64,000 bases of DNA. Origin: Spirochaetia bacterium (GTDB lineage Bacteria; Spirochaetota; Spirochaetia; UBA9216). Location: contig OZ223264.1 of NCBI GenBank assembly GCA_965140585.1, positions 480,001 through 544,000 of the forward strand. Reading direction: 5' to 3'. The notes beneath the pieces were generated by a model that was not told where the DNA came from, did not search any database, and saw only the letters and a list, made by a program, of their open reading frames with translations. The translations under genes and the position numbers were made by a program. Shown one piece after another: positions 49,278 to 59,838 of this stretch (position 1 is its first letter; each line of letters starts with the position of its first letter).

Positions 49278-49962
49278 ATGTTATCTTGTCTTATGCCTCT
49301 GATTGATCCTCAGGGTCATACCGTAGAAGTTCCTATAAAACCAATGGATTTGTCTGATTTTGAGCCTGAAATTACTGTATCTGAATTTGCTGTTGTAACA
49401 GAACCGGCGTCCATAGAAAACGGAGTAGCTGCAGAATACAATGTAACAGCGGAAAACGGTGATTCTGTTACCTGGACCGTAACCATAAATCTGGCTTACG
49501 GTGTTCGGTATGTATTTGATGGAACAGAAGTAGTTCACCTGCATGGTTTTATAGACAGCACCGATCCGGACGATGATAAAATGGGGCTGCGGAATTCCCG
49601 GTATAGAAATTGATTCATCCAATGGCAGGAGTTCGGGGATTATACTGGAGCAGGAATATGATTGAAGCGTAACAAGTTCAGGACCCCAGTGGGATTATAC
49701 AAATCTGGATATAGATAATTCTTCAACAGGTTACTGTGACGGCAACCTGAACCTCTTTGATTTTTCTGAAGAATCCAGATACAGTTTTACTCTGAATATA
49801 AATATTCTGGAAACCGGGTCTATTGATGATGATTTTAAGGCAGTTTTTGATGGAATGGGTGGTCTTAACAGCAGCGTCCCCCTGAGCCGTGCATCCTCTA
49901 CTCAACTTACCGGAGGATATGCTAAACTGAAGGTGGTGGCCTGGGCTTCTCCCAGCCGCTGA
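49278..49962 (+). pseudogene. Decayed paralog of downstream lipoprotein
   Basis: Aligns with 50008-50802 (FEPEITVSEFA, YNVTAENG, LHGF, GIPG, WDY, DFKA, GYAKLKVV); no signal peptide, frameshift near 49578-49586, TGA at 49663-49665. Confidence 0.85.
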
Positions 49963-50007
49963 TGTTATTTATCAATATATACTTACTATTATGAGGAGAA
50001 CTTTTAA

Positions 50008-50802
50008 TTGAAAAAAAGAATATTTTTAGTGCTTCTGGCAGTTCTAATGCTTGGGCTTGTTACCGGATGTGATCTGTACAATTCGATTTTCGGTTCATCA
50101 GAGGCAGTAATTCTGGACTATGCTTCCGACTATATTGTTGGAGATCCGGTAATTGATCTTGAAGCGCGGACAGTTGAGGTGACAGTAAAACTGATGGACT
50201 TTTCTTCATTCGATCCTGAGATCACTGTTTCAGAATTTGCTCAGTTGTCAGGCCCGGAATCTATTGAAGACGGTGTTCCTGCTGAATATACAGTTACCGC
50301 TGAAAATGGAGAAGCAGTTACCTGGGAAATAACCGCGACAATGCAGTACGGTATTATTTTTGTAATGAACGGAACAGAGATTTCACTGCTGCATGGTTTT
50401 TCAGACAGTGAAGAAGATGCCCATGATGCCGCACTTGGCAGTGGCGTCCCCGGAATCATCAAATCTACCGATTCTGACTACAGCCAGAACTATATTCTAG
50501 GTGAAGAGGATGATCTTGCAGTAGATGAGTCGGAAATTACCTGGGATTATGCTGATTTTGGATTCGGAGGGCGTTCTACCGGAACCTTCGACGGAACATT
50601 ATATTTCTCAGATTATTCCGAAGGTGTAAGATATTACTCGGATATTTCAGTTACTGTCTCAGTATTCGGGGATACAGGAGCAGATTTTAAAGCCTCTTTC
50701 ACAAAGTCTGCAACCGCTGAAAGCAGAGTTGCGGCTGGAGATGTAATGACCAGCCTTGTTGACGGTTTTGCCAAGTTAAAGGTTGTAACTGTCGGTCCGT
50801 AA
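50008..50802 (+). CDS. Acidic lipoprotein with DUF5018/Ig-like beta-sandwich motif
   Basis: SD GAGGAG; lipobox LVTGC; PEITVS...YTVTAENG...TW. Confidence 0.8.
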   Translation: MKKRIFLVLLAVLMLGLVTGCDLYNSIFGSSEAVILDYASDYIVGDPVIDLEARTVEVTVKLMDFSSFDPEITVSEFAQLSGPESIEDGVPAEYTVTAENGEAVTWEITATMQYGIIFVMNGTEISLLHGFSDSEEDAHDAALGSGVPGIIKSTDSDYSQNYILGEEDDLAVDESEITWDYADFGFGGRSTGTFDGTLYFSDYSEGVRYYSDISVTVSVFGDTGADFKASFTKSATAESRVAAGDVMTSLVDGFAKLKVVTVGP

Positions 50803-50823
50803 GCATAGACTGCCTGGAATATC

Positions 50824-50864
50824 AAAAAAACACCGCATCAGCATAGGCTGTGCGGTGTTTTTTT
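50824..50864. terminator. Bidirectional intrinsic terminator
   Basis: A7-CACCGCA(T)CAGC-atag-GCTG-TGCGGTG-T7 between convergent genes. Confidence 0.9.
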
Positions 50865-50920
50865 ATACGCAAGTTAAAACTCAGCGAGCTATAACATTTT
50901 GCTGTAAATGTTGATTAAAA

Positions 50921-53431
50921 TTACTTAACTACAAAGTTAACCAGTTTATCCGGTACTGCAATAACCTTGACTATATTTTTCCCTTCGAGATAGGCTGCCA
51001 GCTTATCGCTTTCCCGGGCGGTTTTTTCAAGATCATCCTTCGACAATCCGCGAGGAAGCGCAATTCTGTCGCGAAGCTTCCCGTTTACCTGAAGAATCAC
51101 AGTTACCTGATCGTCAATCGTAAGCTCCTCATCCCAGGCCGGCCATTCCTGTTTGCAGACGGAAGGCTCATTGCCAAGCATTTCCCAGAGCTCTTCTGCA
51201 ATATGGGGAGCATAGGCTGAAAGCATAATCAGGAATTTTTCCCATGCTGTTTTGTACAGCTTATCTTCTTTGAATGATTCATTTATAAAGATCATCATCT
51301 GGCTGATAGCAGTATTGAACTCAAGTGCTCCGGTATCGTTACTGACCTTTTTGATAGTCTTGTGAAGCAGCTTGTTAAGCTCTGCCGGAACAGCTTCAGT
51401 ACTCAGCGGTTTCTCGGTCATTCTCCATACCCTGTCAAGGAAACGGTGAACGCCGGTCAGGCCCTTGGTCTGCCAGGGTTTTGAAACCTGAAGAGGCCCC
51501 ATGAACATCTCGTACATTCTCATGGAGTCTGCGCCGAATTCTTCGATAATATCATCGGGGTTAATTACGTTTTTAAGACTCTTGGACATCTTGGCAATCA
51601 CCTGCTCAACGCTTTCGCCGGTAGCAGTTTCTACAAATACGCCTTCAGACTTTTCCTCTACTTCATCAACAGGCACAAGTGATTTGTTGGGCCGCTGGTA
51701 GGCGAAGGAGGTAATGAGTCCCTGGTTGATAAGCCGTTGGAAGGGTTCCTTTGTTTTTACAACACCGAGATCGTAAAGAACTTTATGCCAGAAGCGTGCG
51801 TACAGCAGGTGAAGAACCGCATGCTCGGCACCTCCTACATATAGATCAACAGGCATCCAGTAATCCTGGACAGCTTCAGATGCAAACTCTCCTGTATTTT
51901 TCGGATCGAGGAAGCGCAGGTAGTACCAGCATGATCCGGCCCACTGCGGCATGGTATTTGTTTCGCGTTTAGCTGCTGCACCGCAGACGGGACAAGTTGT
52001 GTTTACCCACTCATCGATTCTTGCAAGCGGAGATTCTCCTGTTCCGGAGGGTTCATAGCTTGCGACATCCGGCAGTTCAAGCGGAAGCTCTTCTTCGGGA
52101 ATCGGTACTATTCCGCAGTCAGGGCAGTGAACCAGTGGAATCGGCTCGCCCCAGTAGCGCTGACGGCTGAAGATCCAGTCGCGAAGTTTATAGTTTACAG
52201 CTGCATGACCAAGACTTTTTGATTCAAGCCATTCTGTGATTTTTCCAATTGCCTCCTGCTTGCCCAGACCGTCAAGAAAGCCTGAGTTTACATGAGGGCC
52301 GTCTTCGGTGAAAGCAGCCTCGTCAACATTGCCGCCCTTGAGCACTTCAATGATCGGCAGACCGAAGACCTTGGCAAATTCCCAGTCACGTTCATCATGA
52401 GCAGGTACGGCCATGATAGCTCCGGTTCCATAGGAAATCAAAACGTAGTCAGCAATCCAGACCGGTATTTTCTCTCCGTTAACAGGATTGATCGCATAGC
52501 TTCCCGAAAATACACCGGTTTTTTCCTTTGCAAGATCGGTTCTTTCAAGGTCTGATTTGAGTGAGGCCTTGTATATGTACTGCTCAACCGCCTCTTTATT
52601 CTCTGCGGTTGTAAGTTTCTCAATAAGCGGATGCTCGGGGCTGACAACCATGTAGGTTGCACCGAAGAGGGTATCGGGGCGTGTTGTATAAACCTCAAGT
52701 TCCTCATCAAGGCCGTCAAGCATAAATTTAACATCGGCACCCGTTGATCGGCCAATCCAGTTGCGCTGCATAGCCTTGATCGAATCAGACCAGTCCAGGC
52801 TGTCCAGATCCTCAAGCAGCTTATCAGCGTACTCGGTGATCTTGAGAATCCACTGTCTGATGTTCTTCTTTTCGACCTGGGCACCGCAGCGGTCGCATGT
52901 GCCGTCATTTACTTCCTCGTTTGCGAGACCAGTCAGACATGAGGGGCACCAGTTGATCGGTGCAGCAGACTCATAGGCCAGTCCTTTTTTGAAGAGCTGA
53001 AGGAAGATCCACTGAGTCCAGCGGTAGTATTCCGGTGTATGTGTCTTTATCTCCCGACTCCAGTCGTAACTGAATCCGAGGCTCTTTATCTGCTTGGTAA
53101 AGTGTTTAATATTTTTTTCGGTAGTCGCCTTGGGGTGAGTACCTGTCTTGATTGCATAGTTTTCCGCCGGAAGTCCGAAGGAGTCGTAGCCCATGGGATG
53201 AAGGACATTGTAGCCGTTCATTCTTAGGTATCTGCAGTATATATCGGTTGCTGTGTATCCCTCGGGGTGGCCTACATGCAGTCCTGCACCTGAGGGGTAT
53301 GGAAACATGTCCAGTACGTACATCCGCTTTTCGGGCGGGAAAGACGGGTCCTCTTCGACCCTGAAAGAGTTGTTCTCTTCCCAGTATTTCTGCCATTTCG
53401 GCTCTATTTCGCTAAAAGGGTATCTGCTCAT
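50921..53431 (-). CDS. leuS: Leucine-tRNA ligase
   Basis: [48 protein letters not shown]. Confidence 0.98.
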   Translation of the reverse strand: MSRYPFSEIEPKWQKYWEENNSFRVEEDPSFPPEKRMYVLDMFPYPSGAGLHVGHPEGYTATDIYCRYLRMNGYNVLHPMGYDSFGLPAENYAIKTGTHPKATTEKNIKHFTKQIKSLGFSYDWSREIKTHTPEYYRWTQWIFLQLFKKGLAYESAAPINWCPSCLTGLANEEVNDGTCDRCGAQVEKKNIRQWILKITEYADKLLEDLDSLDWSDSIKAMQRNWIGRSTGADVKFMLDGLDEELEVYTTRPDTLFGATYMVVSPEHPLIEKLTTAENKEAVEQYIYKASLKSDLERTDLAKEKTGVFSGSYAINPVNGEKIPVWIADYVLISYGTGAIMAVPAHDERDWEFAKVFGLPIIEVLKGGNVDEAAFTEDGPHVNSGFLDGLGKQEAIGKITEWLESKSLGHAAVNYKLRDWIFSRQRYWGEPIPLVHCPDCGIVPIPEEELPLELPDVASYEPSGTGESPLARIDEWVNTTCPVCGAAAKRETNTMPQWAGSCWYYLRFLDPKNTGEFASEAVQDYWMPVDLYVGGAEHAVLHLLYARFWHKVLYDLGVVKTKEPFQRLINQGLITSFAYQRPNKSLVPVDEVEEKSEGVFVETATGESVEQVIAKMSKSLKNVINPDDIIEEFGADSMRMYEMFMGPLQVSKPWQTKGLTGVHRFLDRVWRMTEKPLSTEAVPAELNKLLHKTIKKVSNDTGALEFNTAISQMMIFINESFKEDKLYKTAWEKFLIMLSAYAPHIAEELWEMLGNEPSVCKQEWPAWDEELTIDDQVTVILQVNGKLRDRIALPRGLSKDDLEKTARESDKLAAYLEGKNIVKVIAVPDKLVNFVVK

Positions 53432-53438
53432 GAGAGGT

Positions 53439-53467
53439 ATGATACCCGTGTGAGTCTATCTCGTCAA
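53439..53467 (-). promoter_or_regulatory. sigma70-like promoter of leuS, predicted leaderless
   Basis: Minus strand TTGACG-17 bp-TATCAT, ATG 7 nt downstream. Confidence 0.7.
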
Positions 53468-55363
53468 TCAGACTCCGGGCACCAGAGCCAGCGAAAACCA
53501 GGGCACATAAGTAATTAGCAGCACCATAAGAAGCAGAATAAGGAAGAAGGGAATTACCCCTCTGTATATCTTTGCGAGCGGTGTTTCAAAGGCGTAGGAA
53601 GCCAGAAAAAGGTTCAGTCCGACAGGCGGTGTAAGGTATCCAAGCTGCAGGTTCGCAAGAAAAATTATTCCAATCTGTACCGGGTTTATACCGTACATCT
53701 CTCCCAGGGGTATTATAAGAGGGGCTACAACCATGATTGCAGAGAATATATCCATCAGGCATCCTGTAATAAGCAGAACAACATTCAAAAGCAGCAGGAA
53801 TACAAGCGGCGACTGAATATGTCTGCTGAAGAAGCCGGTAAGCATCATAGGGACTTCTGCATCAACGATGAAGTAGGAAAGACCCTTTGCCATCGCCAGT
53901 ATCATCAGCACACCGCCAATAACCGGCATGCTCTTTTTCATTATTACGTTGAAATTACTGACTTTAAGATCTCTGTATATAAAGAACTCAAGTACAAAGC
54001 TGTACACGACTGCAACTGCCCCGGTTTCAACCAGGGTTGTTATTCCGCCGAAGTAGCAGAAAAGGATAAAAACAGGAAGAAGCAGATCTCCAAGCGCTCC
54101 TTTTAGGGCTGACAATCTTGATATGCTGTGGCTTTCATCTTCAATAGACTGATGAGCCTGTGCAGTTTCTGTATTATTTTTTGTAAATCTGCGGCTGTGA
54201 AGTATTGCCATTACCGAGAGCGCTGTTACCAGGATAACCCCTGGTATTATTCCTGCAAGAAACATATCCCTTATGCTTATCTGCGCCTGAACTCCGTACA
54301 TTATGATCGGCAGGCTCGGCGGGAACAGCAGTCCTATGCTTCCCGAGGAGGTGATTAGCCCCTTTGTAAAGTCTTCTGAATACTCCCTGCTTTTTATCAG
54401 TATGAATGAAAGCAGTCCTCCCATCGCCAGAATTGTTACCCCTGAAGCCCCGGTGAAGGTAGTAAAGAAGGCGCATACCAGCACGGTCATAACCGCAAGG
54501 CCGCCGGGCATTCTGCCTATAAAAGCTCTGAACAGGTTGACCAGGCGTTCACCGGTTTTTCCTTCGGAGAGTATAAATCCGGTCAGTGTAAAAAGCGGAA
54601 TGGCCGGAATGGCTGAACCGGTAAGCAGATTATATACTTCGTTCGGGATAACCTCGGGAACACTCCATGAGCCTGCAAAGAGAATGAAGGCGGTGCCCCC
54701 CAGAAGTATGAATATAGGCAGTCCGAATACTGTAAGTACAATTATCAGAATTACAATCAGCCAGTCAAGTTTATCAAAAAGCGCATAATAGCCTTCCTGA
54801 ATTACTTCAAGAAATTCAGGCGGCATGAAGGGCGTTGAATACCAGAGGTTCAGTACTGACGGAAGGGCAAGAAATAAACCGGTGAGTACTGCAATTGTGA
54901 AAAGAATCGGCTGCTTTTTATCTGAAGCTGTAAAGAATCTGATACCGGTAAATGCAAATGAGACGGGAATTATACAGCTTATTATCCCTATGGGAATCAT
55001 CCACAGTCTCTGGTCGGGGGAAAAGCCGATTATAATAAAAGAAACAGCAGCGACAGCCACACTAATTGATACCGAAGCTCCGGTAAAGCGGACTGCACTG
55101 TTCACGGCTTTTTTCAGCTTCCCGTCCGGGAGGTTTTCATCAAATCCGAGTTTGATATGCTGGTTTTCCCTTGTGCATATCATTCCCGATGTCAGTCCAA
55201 TCCATAATGTCAGGTGTCTGAGTAATGTCTCGTATTCAGGAACTGCCTGCTTTGACAGCAGCCTTGCAATAATCTGAAGTACAGGAGCTGCGGCAAGGGC
55301 GATAATTATGACCGATGCGAATCCGTTCTCAATTTTTCTAATCTGCTCTATCAGTTTCTTCAA
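53468..55363 (-). CDS. dctM: TRAP transporter fused small/large permease (DctQM)
   Basis: AIPLFTLTG, GSIGLLFPPSLP, MFLAGIIPG, GYLTPPVGLNLF; N-terminal DctQ-like TM region. Confidence 0.92.
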   Translation of the reverse strand: MKKLIEQIRKIENGFASVIIIALAAAPVLQIIARLLSKQAVPEYETLLRHLTLWIGLTSGMICTRENQHIKLGFDENLPDGKLKKAVNSAVRFTGASVSISVAVAAVSFIIIGFSPDQRLWMIPIGIISCIIPVSFAFTGIRFFTASDKKQPILFTIAVLTGLFLALPSVLNLWYSTPFMPPEFLEVIQEGYYALFDKLDWLIVILIIVLTVFGLPIFILLGGTAFILFAGSWSVPEVIPNEVYNLLTGSAIPAIPLFTLTGFILSEGKTGERLVNLFRAFIGRMPGGLAVMTVLVCAFFTTFTGASGVTILAMGGLLSFILIKSREYSEDFTKGLITSSGSIGLLFPPSLPIIMYGVQAQISIRDMFLAGIIPGVILVTALSVMAILHSRRFTKNNTETAQAHQSIEDESHSISRLSALKGALGDLLLPVFILFCYFGGITTLVETGAVAVVYSFVLEFFIYRDLKVSNFNVIMKKSMPVIGGVLMILAMAKGLSYFIVDAEVPMMLTGFFSRHIQSPLVFLLLLNVVLLITGCLMDIFSAIMVVAPLIIPLGEMYGINPVQIGIIFLANLQLGYLTPPVGLNLFLASYAFETPLAKIYRGVIPFFLILLLMVLLITYVPWFSLALVPGV

Positions 55364-55366
55364 AAT

Positions 55367-56365
55367 TTATTGATTCCTGAATTCTTCGAGTTTTCCGGTA
55401 ACTTCTTCATAAGTATCATATGAGACAATCTTGTTGTTGCCGACTATTGAGGCTATTCCCTTGACCATTATGTTCTTCCAAAGGACATAATCTTCAATAG
55501 TCAAATCGTTTATCTGCAGTCCGTTGTCCAGCATTACATTGATTGCCTTTTCTTCTATCCTGGCAGCTTGGCTGTAGAATCCGGAGGCCATATCCTTTGC
55601 AGCTGCCAGAAGTTCAGCATGATATTTGTCCGGGACTTTTTTCCAGGCTCTTTCTGTAATTATAATTCCGCCGATAACAGGCGAAAGTTTGATATTCATC
55701 ATATTTGGGGCCAGGGCGAACCACTGATATGAGGCTGCGGCCATCGGAGCTCCGTAAAAAGAGTCAACCATCCCGCTCTGAAGCCCCATCAGAACATCTG
55801 TCACATCAACGGGAACTACATTGAATCCCAAATCTGTAAAGGCTTCTGATATTCCAGGCTGAGTGATTGAACCTGCAAATTTAAGAGCCATGAGATCCTG
55901 CGGTGAGTAAACAGGCTTGTTTGAAAATATGTTGATCCATCCAGATTTGGCCCAGGCCAGCATGATAAACCCGTTTTCCTCAAAGCCTTTTTCAAATTGC
56001 GGTGTAAATTCACTGAGTATGTAATCAAGCTCTTCTTCAGAATCAAGAAGAAATGGGATGCTCATGGCGAAGGAGTCGGGGTATATGGCTGTCATTCCTA
56101 CTGAAGTAAGAACTGCCATATCGATCTGGCCTATACGCATTTTTCTGATAACATCGGCTTCGGAACCCACAATTCCTCCGGCATATATCTTTATTTTTAC
56201 CCTGCCGTCTGAAATTTCCGACCAGTCTGAAGCCATTCTTTTCAGACTGAGATCCCATTCTGTGCCTTCCGGCAGCAGGCTTGCAAGCTTAAGGTTCAGG
56301 CTGTAGATATTTGATGCTGAGAGCAGCAGGGCTGTACAAATTAATATGATTAACCTTTTATTCAT
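55367..56365 (-). CDS. dctP: TRAP substrate-binding protein (TatP/DctP), copy 1
   Basis: LKLASLLPEGTEW, GRVKIKIYAGG, RKMRIGQ, GLQSGMVD; start MNKR overlaps tatT stop. Confidence 0.9.
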   Translation of the reverse strand: MNKRLIILICTALLLSASNIYSLNLKLASLLPEGTEWDLSLKRMASDWSEISDGRVKIKIYAGGIVGSEADVIRKMRIGQIDMAVLTSVGMTAIYPDSFAMSIPFLLDSEEELDYILSEFTPQFEKGFEENGFIMLAWAKSGWINIFSNKPVYSPQDLMALKFAGSITQPGISEAFTDLGFNVVPVDVTDVLMGLQSGMVDSFYGAPMAAASYQWFALAPNMMNIKLSPVIGGIIITERAWKKVPDKYHAELLAAAKDMASGFYSQAARIEEKAINVMLDNGLQINDLTIEDYVLWKNIMVKGIASIVGNNKIVSYDTYEEVTGKLEEFRNQ

Positions 56366-57380
56366 AGTCTTCCTCAAAATCAAGCAGAAAATAATCATCG
56401 GCGTGGTCAAGAAGCCACTGCGCCTTCTGCTGGTAGATGGTTATAACAAGTTTATTATCCGGCATATTCACCGGGTCTATAGAAAGCGCTTTTTCAAGCA
56501 GTTCCCTGTATTCTTCATAATCCTGGTTTTTCACTGAAACAGACTGGGCATAGGTGTTGAATGTCCCGGGGTTTGTTCCTCCGGATATCCGCACTGATTC
56601 GTTAAAATGAAACAGAGCCTTATCCTGTGAACTGCTGACGTTTTTCGGATAATAGGATTCAAGGAAGGCTCCTGCATTCAGAGGGGCCGCTGCAGCAGCC
56701 TTTACAAGGTGGGACACCGGAAGGCTGCTGTAAAGCTGGATGAAGATGTCATGTACCGCACCATTACTGTATTCAGGATTGATTTCAAGCGCCTTAATCA
56801 ACATTGCTACAGGCATGTATATTTCGGCTGCCATCTCAAAGTCAAATGGATCGCAGCTGTATGCGCCTATCCAGCCTGCTGCAGTCCAGTAGAGGTTGTC
56901 CGCCTCGTCCGGGTTTTTGATCATTGAAAGTGCAGTATCAGCTGCTTTTCCGGCAAGAGCTTCGGTAAATCCGGGATGCAGAAGTTCCAGCGACTGTATG
57001 CTGTAGTTTTTACCGCGGATGTACATCTTTTTGGCTCGTTTCAGCTCTGCAGCGGCTTCTTCATAATCATCATCGGAAAGCATGCCTGCCGGTGTCTGTA
57101 TGAAAGCGTTGGCGTACATAACGAAATTCTTGCCCGTAGAAAGCTGCATGGCAGGTTTTTCAGGAGTCTCGGCTAGAATCATTTCATAGAGTTTTAAAGC
57201 CAGCGGAAGTGCATCGGCTACGAGCTGCGGATCGTCATCGTTCATGAAGACGCCTGCGCCTCCGGAACCGGAAGAAAGAATATCTGCAGCCTTATTCATA
57301 GCTATATCTTCAACAGATACGCAGGCTGCGGCGGAAAGAATCAGCATGAAAACTGATAAATACCTTATTACCTTTATCAT
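56358..57380 (-). CDS. tatT: TRAP transporter TatT lipoprotein
   Basis: Lipobox AAAC; DDDPQLV.DALP..LK.YE, YANAFIQ, RAKKMY.RG, YW.AAGW; adjacent to dctP-dctQM. Confidence 0.88.
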   Translation of the reverse strand: MIKVIRYLSVFMLILSAAACVSVEDIAMNKAADILSSGSGGAGVFMNDDDPQLVADALPLALKLYEMILAETPEKPAMQLSTGKNFVMYANAFIQTPAGMLSDDDYEEAAAELKRAKKMYIRGKNYSIQSLELLHPGFTEALAGKAADTALSMIKNPDEADNLYWTAAGWIGAYSCDPFDFEMAAEIYMPVAMLIKALEINPEYSNGAVHDIFIQLYSSLPVSHLVKAAAAAPLNAGAFLESYYPKNVSSSQDKALFHFNESVRISGGTNPGTFNTYAQSVSVKNQDYEEYRELLEKALSIDPVNMPDNKLVITIYQQKAQWLLDHADDYFLLDFEEDYE

Positions 57381-57386
57381 ATCCAC

Positions 57387-57436
57387 TCCAATATATAATT
57401 AATAGTAGAAAAAAATAAGGTGTTTAACCAATTTCT
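57387..57436. repeat. About 50 bp direct repeat, copy 1 (upstream of tatT)
   Basis: TCCAA-TATATAATTAATagTAgAAAAAAATAAGGTGTTTaACcAATTTCT; 45/51 match to 58437-58487. Confidence 0.85.
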
Positions 57437-58430
57437 AATTTCTGAAATCTTCAAGCATGGAAAGAACCCTGCTGTAGGTTTCCGGCTGAACCAGTTTATT
57501 CGGTCCTACAATAGAGCTTATGCCGGTCTGCATTGTCTCCCTCCACTGTTCAGCTTCCTGAGGTGTTGTTTCATTTATCTGGAGTCCGTTTTCAAGCATT
57601 ACGCCAACAGCTCTCTGTTCAAGCTGAAGAGCCTCGCTGTAGAAACCTGCTGCCATTTCCCTGGCGGCTTCTATCATTTCGGCATGGAATCTGTCCGGAA
57701 CTTTCTTCCAGGCTCTTTCGGAAATAATTATTCCGCCTATTACCGGAGAAAGTTTCAGATCCATCATGTTGGGAGCAAGGGCAAACCACTGGTAGGATGC
57801 AGCCGCCATGGGGGCGTTGTAGAAGGCGTCAATCATACCGCTCTGCAGCCCCATGATAAAATCATTGATATCCATTGGCACCACTCTGAAACCCATCTGT
57901 GTGAAAGCTTCAGGAATTCCCGGCTGTGCTATTGATGCGGCGAATTTAAGTGAACGGAGTTCATCAGGGGTTGAAACCGGAGTTCTTGAAAAGATGTTGA
58001 TCCATCCTGATTTTGCCCATGAAAGCACGATGAAGCCCTCATCTTGAAAACCCTGTTCAAAATCAGGTGCTATCTTATCCAGAACAAAGTCAAGCTCATC
58101 TTCATTTTCGAGAAGAAAGGGTATGCTTAAAGCGAAGGAATCGGGATTTATAGCAGTCATCCCTGCCGCTGTCAGGACCGCCATGTCAATCTGTCCGAAA
58201 CGCATCTTTCTTATTACATCCGGTTCTGTTCCTGCAATCCCGCCGGCATAGATTTTAACTTTTACTCTGCCGTTGGAAATATCGGACCAGTCCGATGCCA
58301 TGCTTTTTAGATTCCGGTCCCATTCTGTTCCTTCAGGAAGGAGGCTGGCAAGCTTGAGTGTAAGACTGCCAGCATCAAACACCGCGAAAATAAGAAGTAT
58401 CATGACATATAAAGCTATTTTCTTCTTCAT
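57435..58430 (-). CDS. dctP: TRAP substrate-binding protein (TatP/DctP), copy 2
   Basis: Close paralog of copy 1 (LKLASLLPEGTEWD, APMAAASYQWFALAPNMM); signal peptide MKKKIAL... Confidence 0.9.
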   Translation of the reverse strand: MKKKIALYVMILLIFAVFDAGSLTLKLASLLPEGTEWDRNLKSMASDWSDISNGRVKVKIYAGGIAGTEPDVIRKMRFGQIDMAVLTAAGMTAINPDSFALSIPFLLENEDELDFVLDKIAPDFEQGFQDEGFIVLSWAKSGWINIFSRTPVSTPDELRSLKFAASIAQPGIPEAFTQMGFRVVPMDINDFIMGLQSGMIDAFYNAPMAAASYQWFALAPNMMDLKLSPVIGGIIISERAWKKVPDRFHAEMIEAAREMAAGFYSEALQLEQRAVGVMLENGLQINETTPQEAEQWRETMQTGISSIVGPNKLVQPETYSRVLSMLEDFRN

Positions 58431-58436
58431 AGACCA

Positions 58437-58487
58437 TCCAAGTATATAATTAATCATATAAAAAAATAAGGTGTTTGACAAATTTCT
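58437..58487. repeat. About 50 bp direct repeat, copy 2 (upstream of dctP copy 2)
   Basis: TCCAAGTATATAATTAATcaTAtAAAAAAATAAGGTGTTTgACaAATTTCT. Confidence 0.85.
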
Positions 58488-58497
58488 GTTCTCCGCG

Positions 58498-58526
58498 TTG
58501 ACTTGTAAATGGGCAGAAGGTATCAT
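58498..58526 (+). promoter_or_regulatory. sigma70-like promoter of pepT, predicted leaderless
   Basis: TTGACT(58498)-17 bp-TATCAT(58521), ATG 58533 6 nt downstream. Confidence 0.7.
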
Positions 58527-58532
58527 TATCCC

Positions 58533-59789
58533 ATGAAAGATGAAATTTTAAAGCGGTTTGTACGTTATGCAAAAATCGAGACAACTTCTGATCTGCATCA
58601 GGAAGTTACACCTTCCACTGAGTGCCAGTGGGATTTGCTCAATCTGCTTGTTGAAGAATTAAAAGAGTTGGGAATAAAAGATATTTCCCTTAATGAGCAT
58701 GGCTATCTGATAGCAAGACTCGAATCGAATTTTTCCAAATTAAAACCGGGAGCACCGGAGCCTCCTGTAATCGGGTTTATGGCGCATGTTGATACATCCT
58801 CGGATGTATCGGGCAAGAATGTAAATCCGCTTATCCATGAAAATTATGACGGTAATCCCATTAAGCTGAAATCGGATGTGTTAATTGATCCTCAGTCAGA
58901 TCCGGATCTCGGCAAATATACCGGACATACGGTAATTACTGCAGATGGAACAACACTTCTCGGGGCCGATGACAAGGCCGGGCTTGCAGAAATTATGACA
59001 GCCGTGAAATATTTTCAGGATAATCCGGAAATTCCGCACGGAACAGTAGAGATAATCTTTACTCCTGATGAGGAAACCGGCAAGGGGATGGATCGTTTTC
59101 CGGTTAAGGAACTCAAATCTGTTTTCTGCTATACCCTTGACGGCGGAGAAGAAGGCCACATTGAAGTTGAGTGCTTTAATGCCTTTATGGCAAAGCTTGA
59201 GTTTAAAGGCCGTGTTATTCATCTCGGAAGTGCAAGAGGCTCACTGGTGAATGCAGTAACAATGGCAAGCACATTTATAAGCATGCTGCCCAGAAACGAG
59301 AGCCCGGAAGCAACTGATGAACGTTATGGATATTACTGTCCCTTTGAAATTAAGGGTGAGCTTGAAGAAGCTGAAGTTGTCGTTTATATCCGTGATTTTG
59401 ACCTGAGTGAGGCAGAGCGGCGTGTTGAAACTGTAAAGACGCTGGCGAAGGCTGTTGAGGCTGTTTTTCCCGGCGGTCAGGTAGAAGTTACCGCAAAAAA
59501 GCAGTACCTGAACATGAAGGAACATATGGACAAAGTGCCTCAGGGGCTTGAGTTTCTGCTTGATTCAGTACGAGAAGCAGGAGTTGAACCTGAATATGAG
59601 ATAATCAGGGGAGGAACCGACGGTGCCAGGCTTGCAGAGATGGGAATTCCGACACCGAATGTGTTTACAGGCGGCCATAATTTTCACAGCAGGAAGGAAT
59701 GGGCAGTGCTTTCAACTATGGAAAAATCCTGTATCACAGTGATAAATCTGATCAGAAAATGGGCGGATACTGACGGAACAGAATCCTAG
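58533..59789 (+). CDS. pepT: Peptidase T (M20B tripeptidase)
   Basis: RFVRYAKIET, AHVDT, TLLGADDKAG, FTPDEE.G, IRGGTDG, GGHNFH. Confidence 0.95.
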   Translation: MKDEILKRFVRYAKIETTSDLHQEVTPSTECQWDLLNLLVEELKELGIKDISLNEHGYLIARLESNFSKLKPGAPEPPVIGFMAHVDTSSDVSGKNVNPLIHENYDGNPIKLKSDVLIDPQSDPDLGKYTGHTVITADGTTLLGADDKAGLAEIMTAVKYFQDNPEIPHGTVEIIFTPDEETGKGMDRFPVKELKSVFCYTLDGGEEGHIEVECFNAFMAKLEFKGRVIHLGSARGSLVNAVTMASTFISMLPRNESPEATDERYGYYCPFEIKGELEEAEVVVYIRDFDLSEAERRVETVKTLAKAVEAVFPGGQVEVTAKKQYLNMKEHMDKVPQGLEFLLDSVREAGVEPEYEIIRGGTDGARLAEMGIPTPNVFTGGHNFHSRKEWAVLSTMEKSCITVINLIRKWADTDGTES

Positions 59790-59838
59790 TGCTATATTTA
59801 AATTGCAAGGTTGGAAAAAAGTGAAACAGGCGGCAGAT

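Noticed and set aside
26504-49665. Stop-codon reassignment or selenocysteine (in-frame TAA at 26504, TGA at 49663)
   Set aside because: Both genes carry other lesions, the two codons differ, and conserved genes end normally at TAA, TAG and TGA
50872-50915. Possible further degenerate copy of the hairpin element
   Set aside because: Two weak hairpins and TGTAAATG are present, but loop and linker order do not match; too weak without a covariance model
53432-53467. T-box leader for leuS
   Set aside because: Only 36 bp intergenic, fully occupied by a promoter
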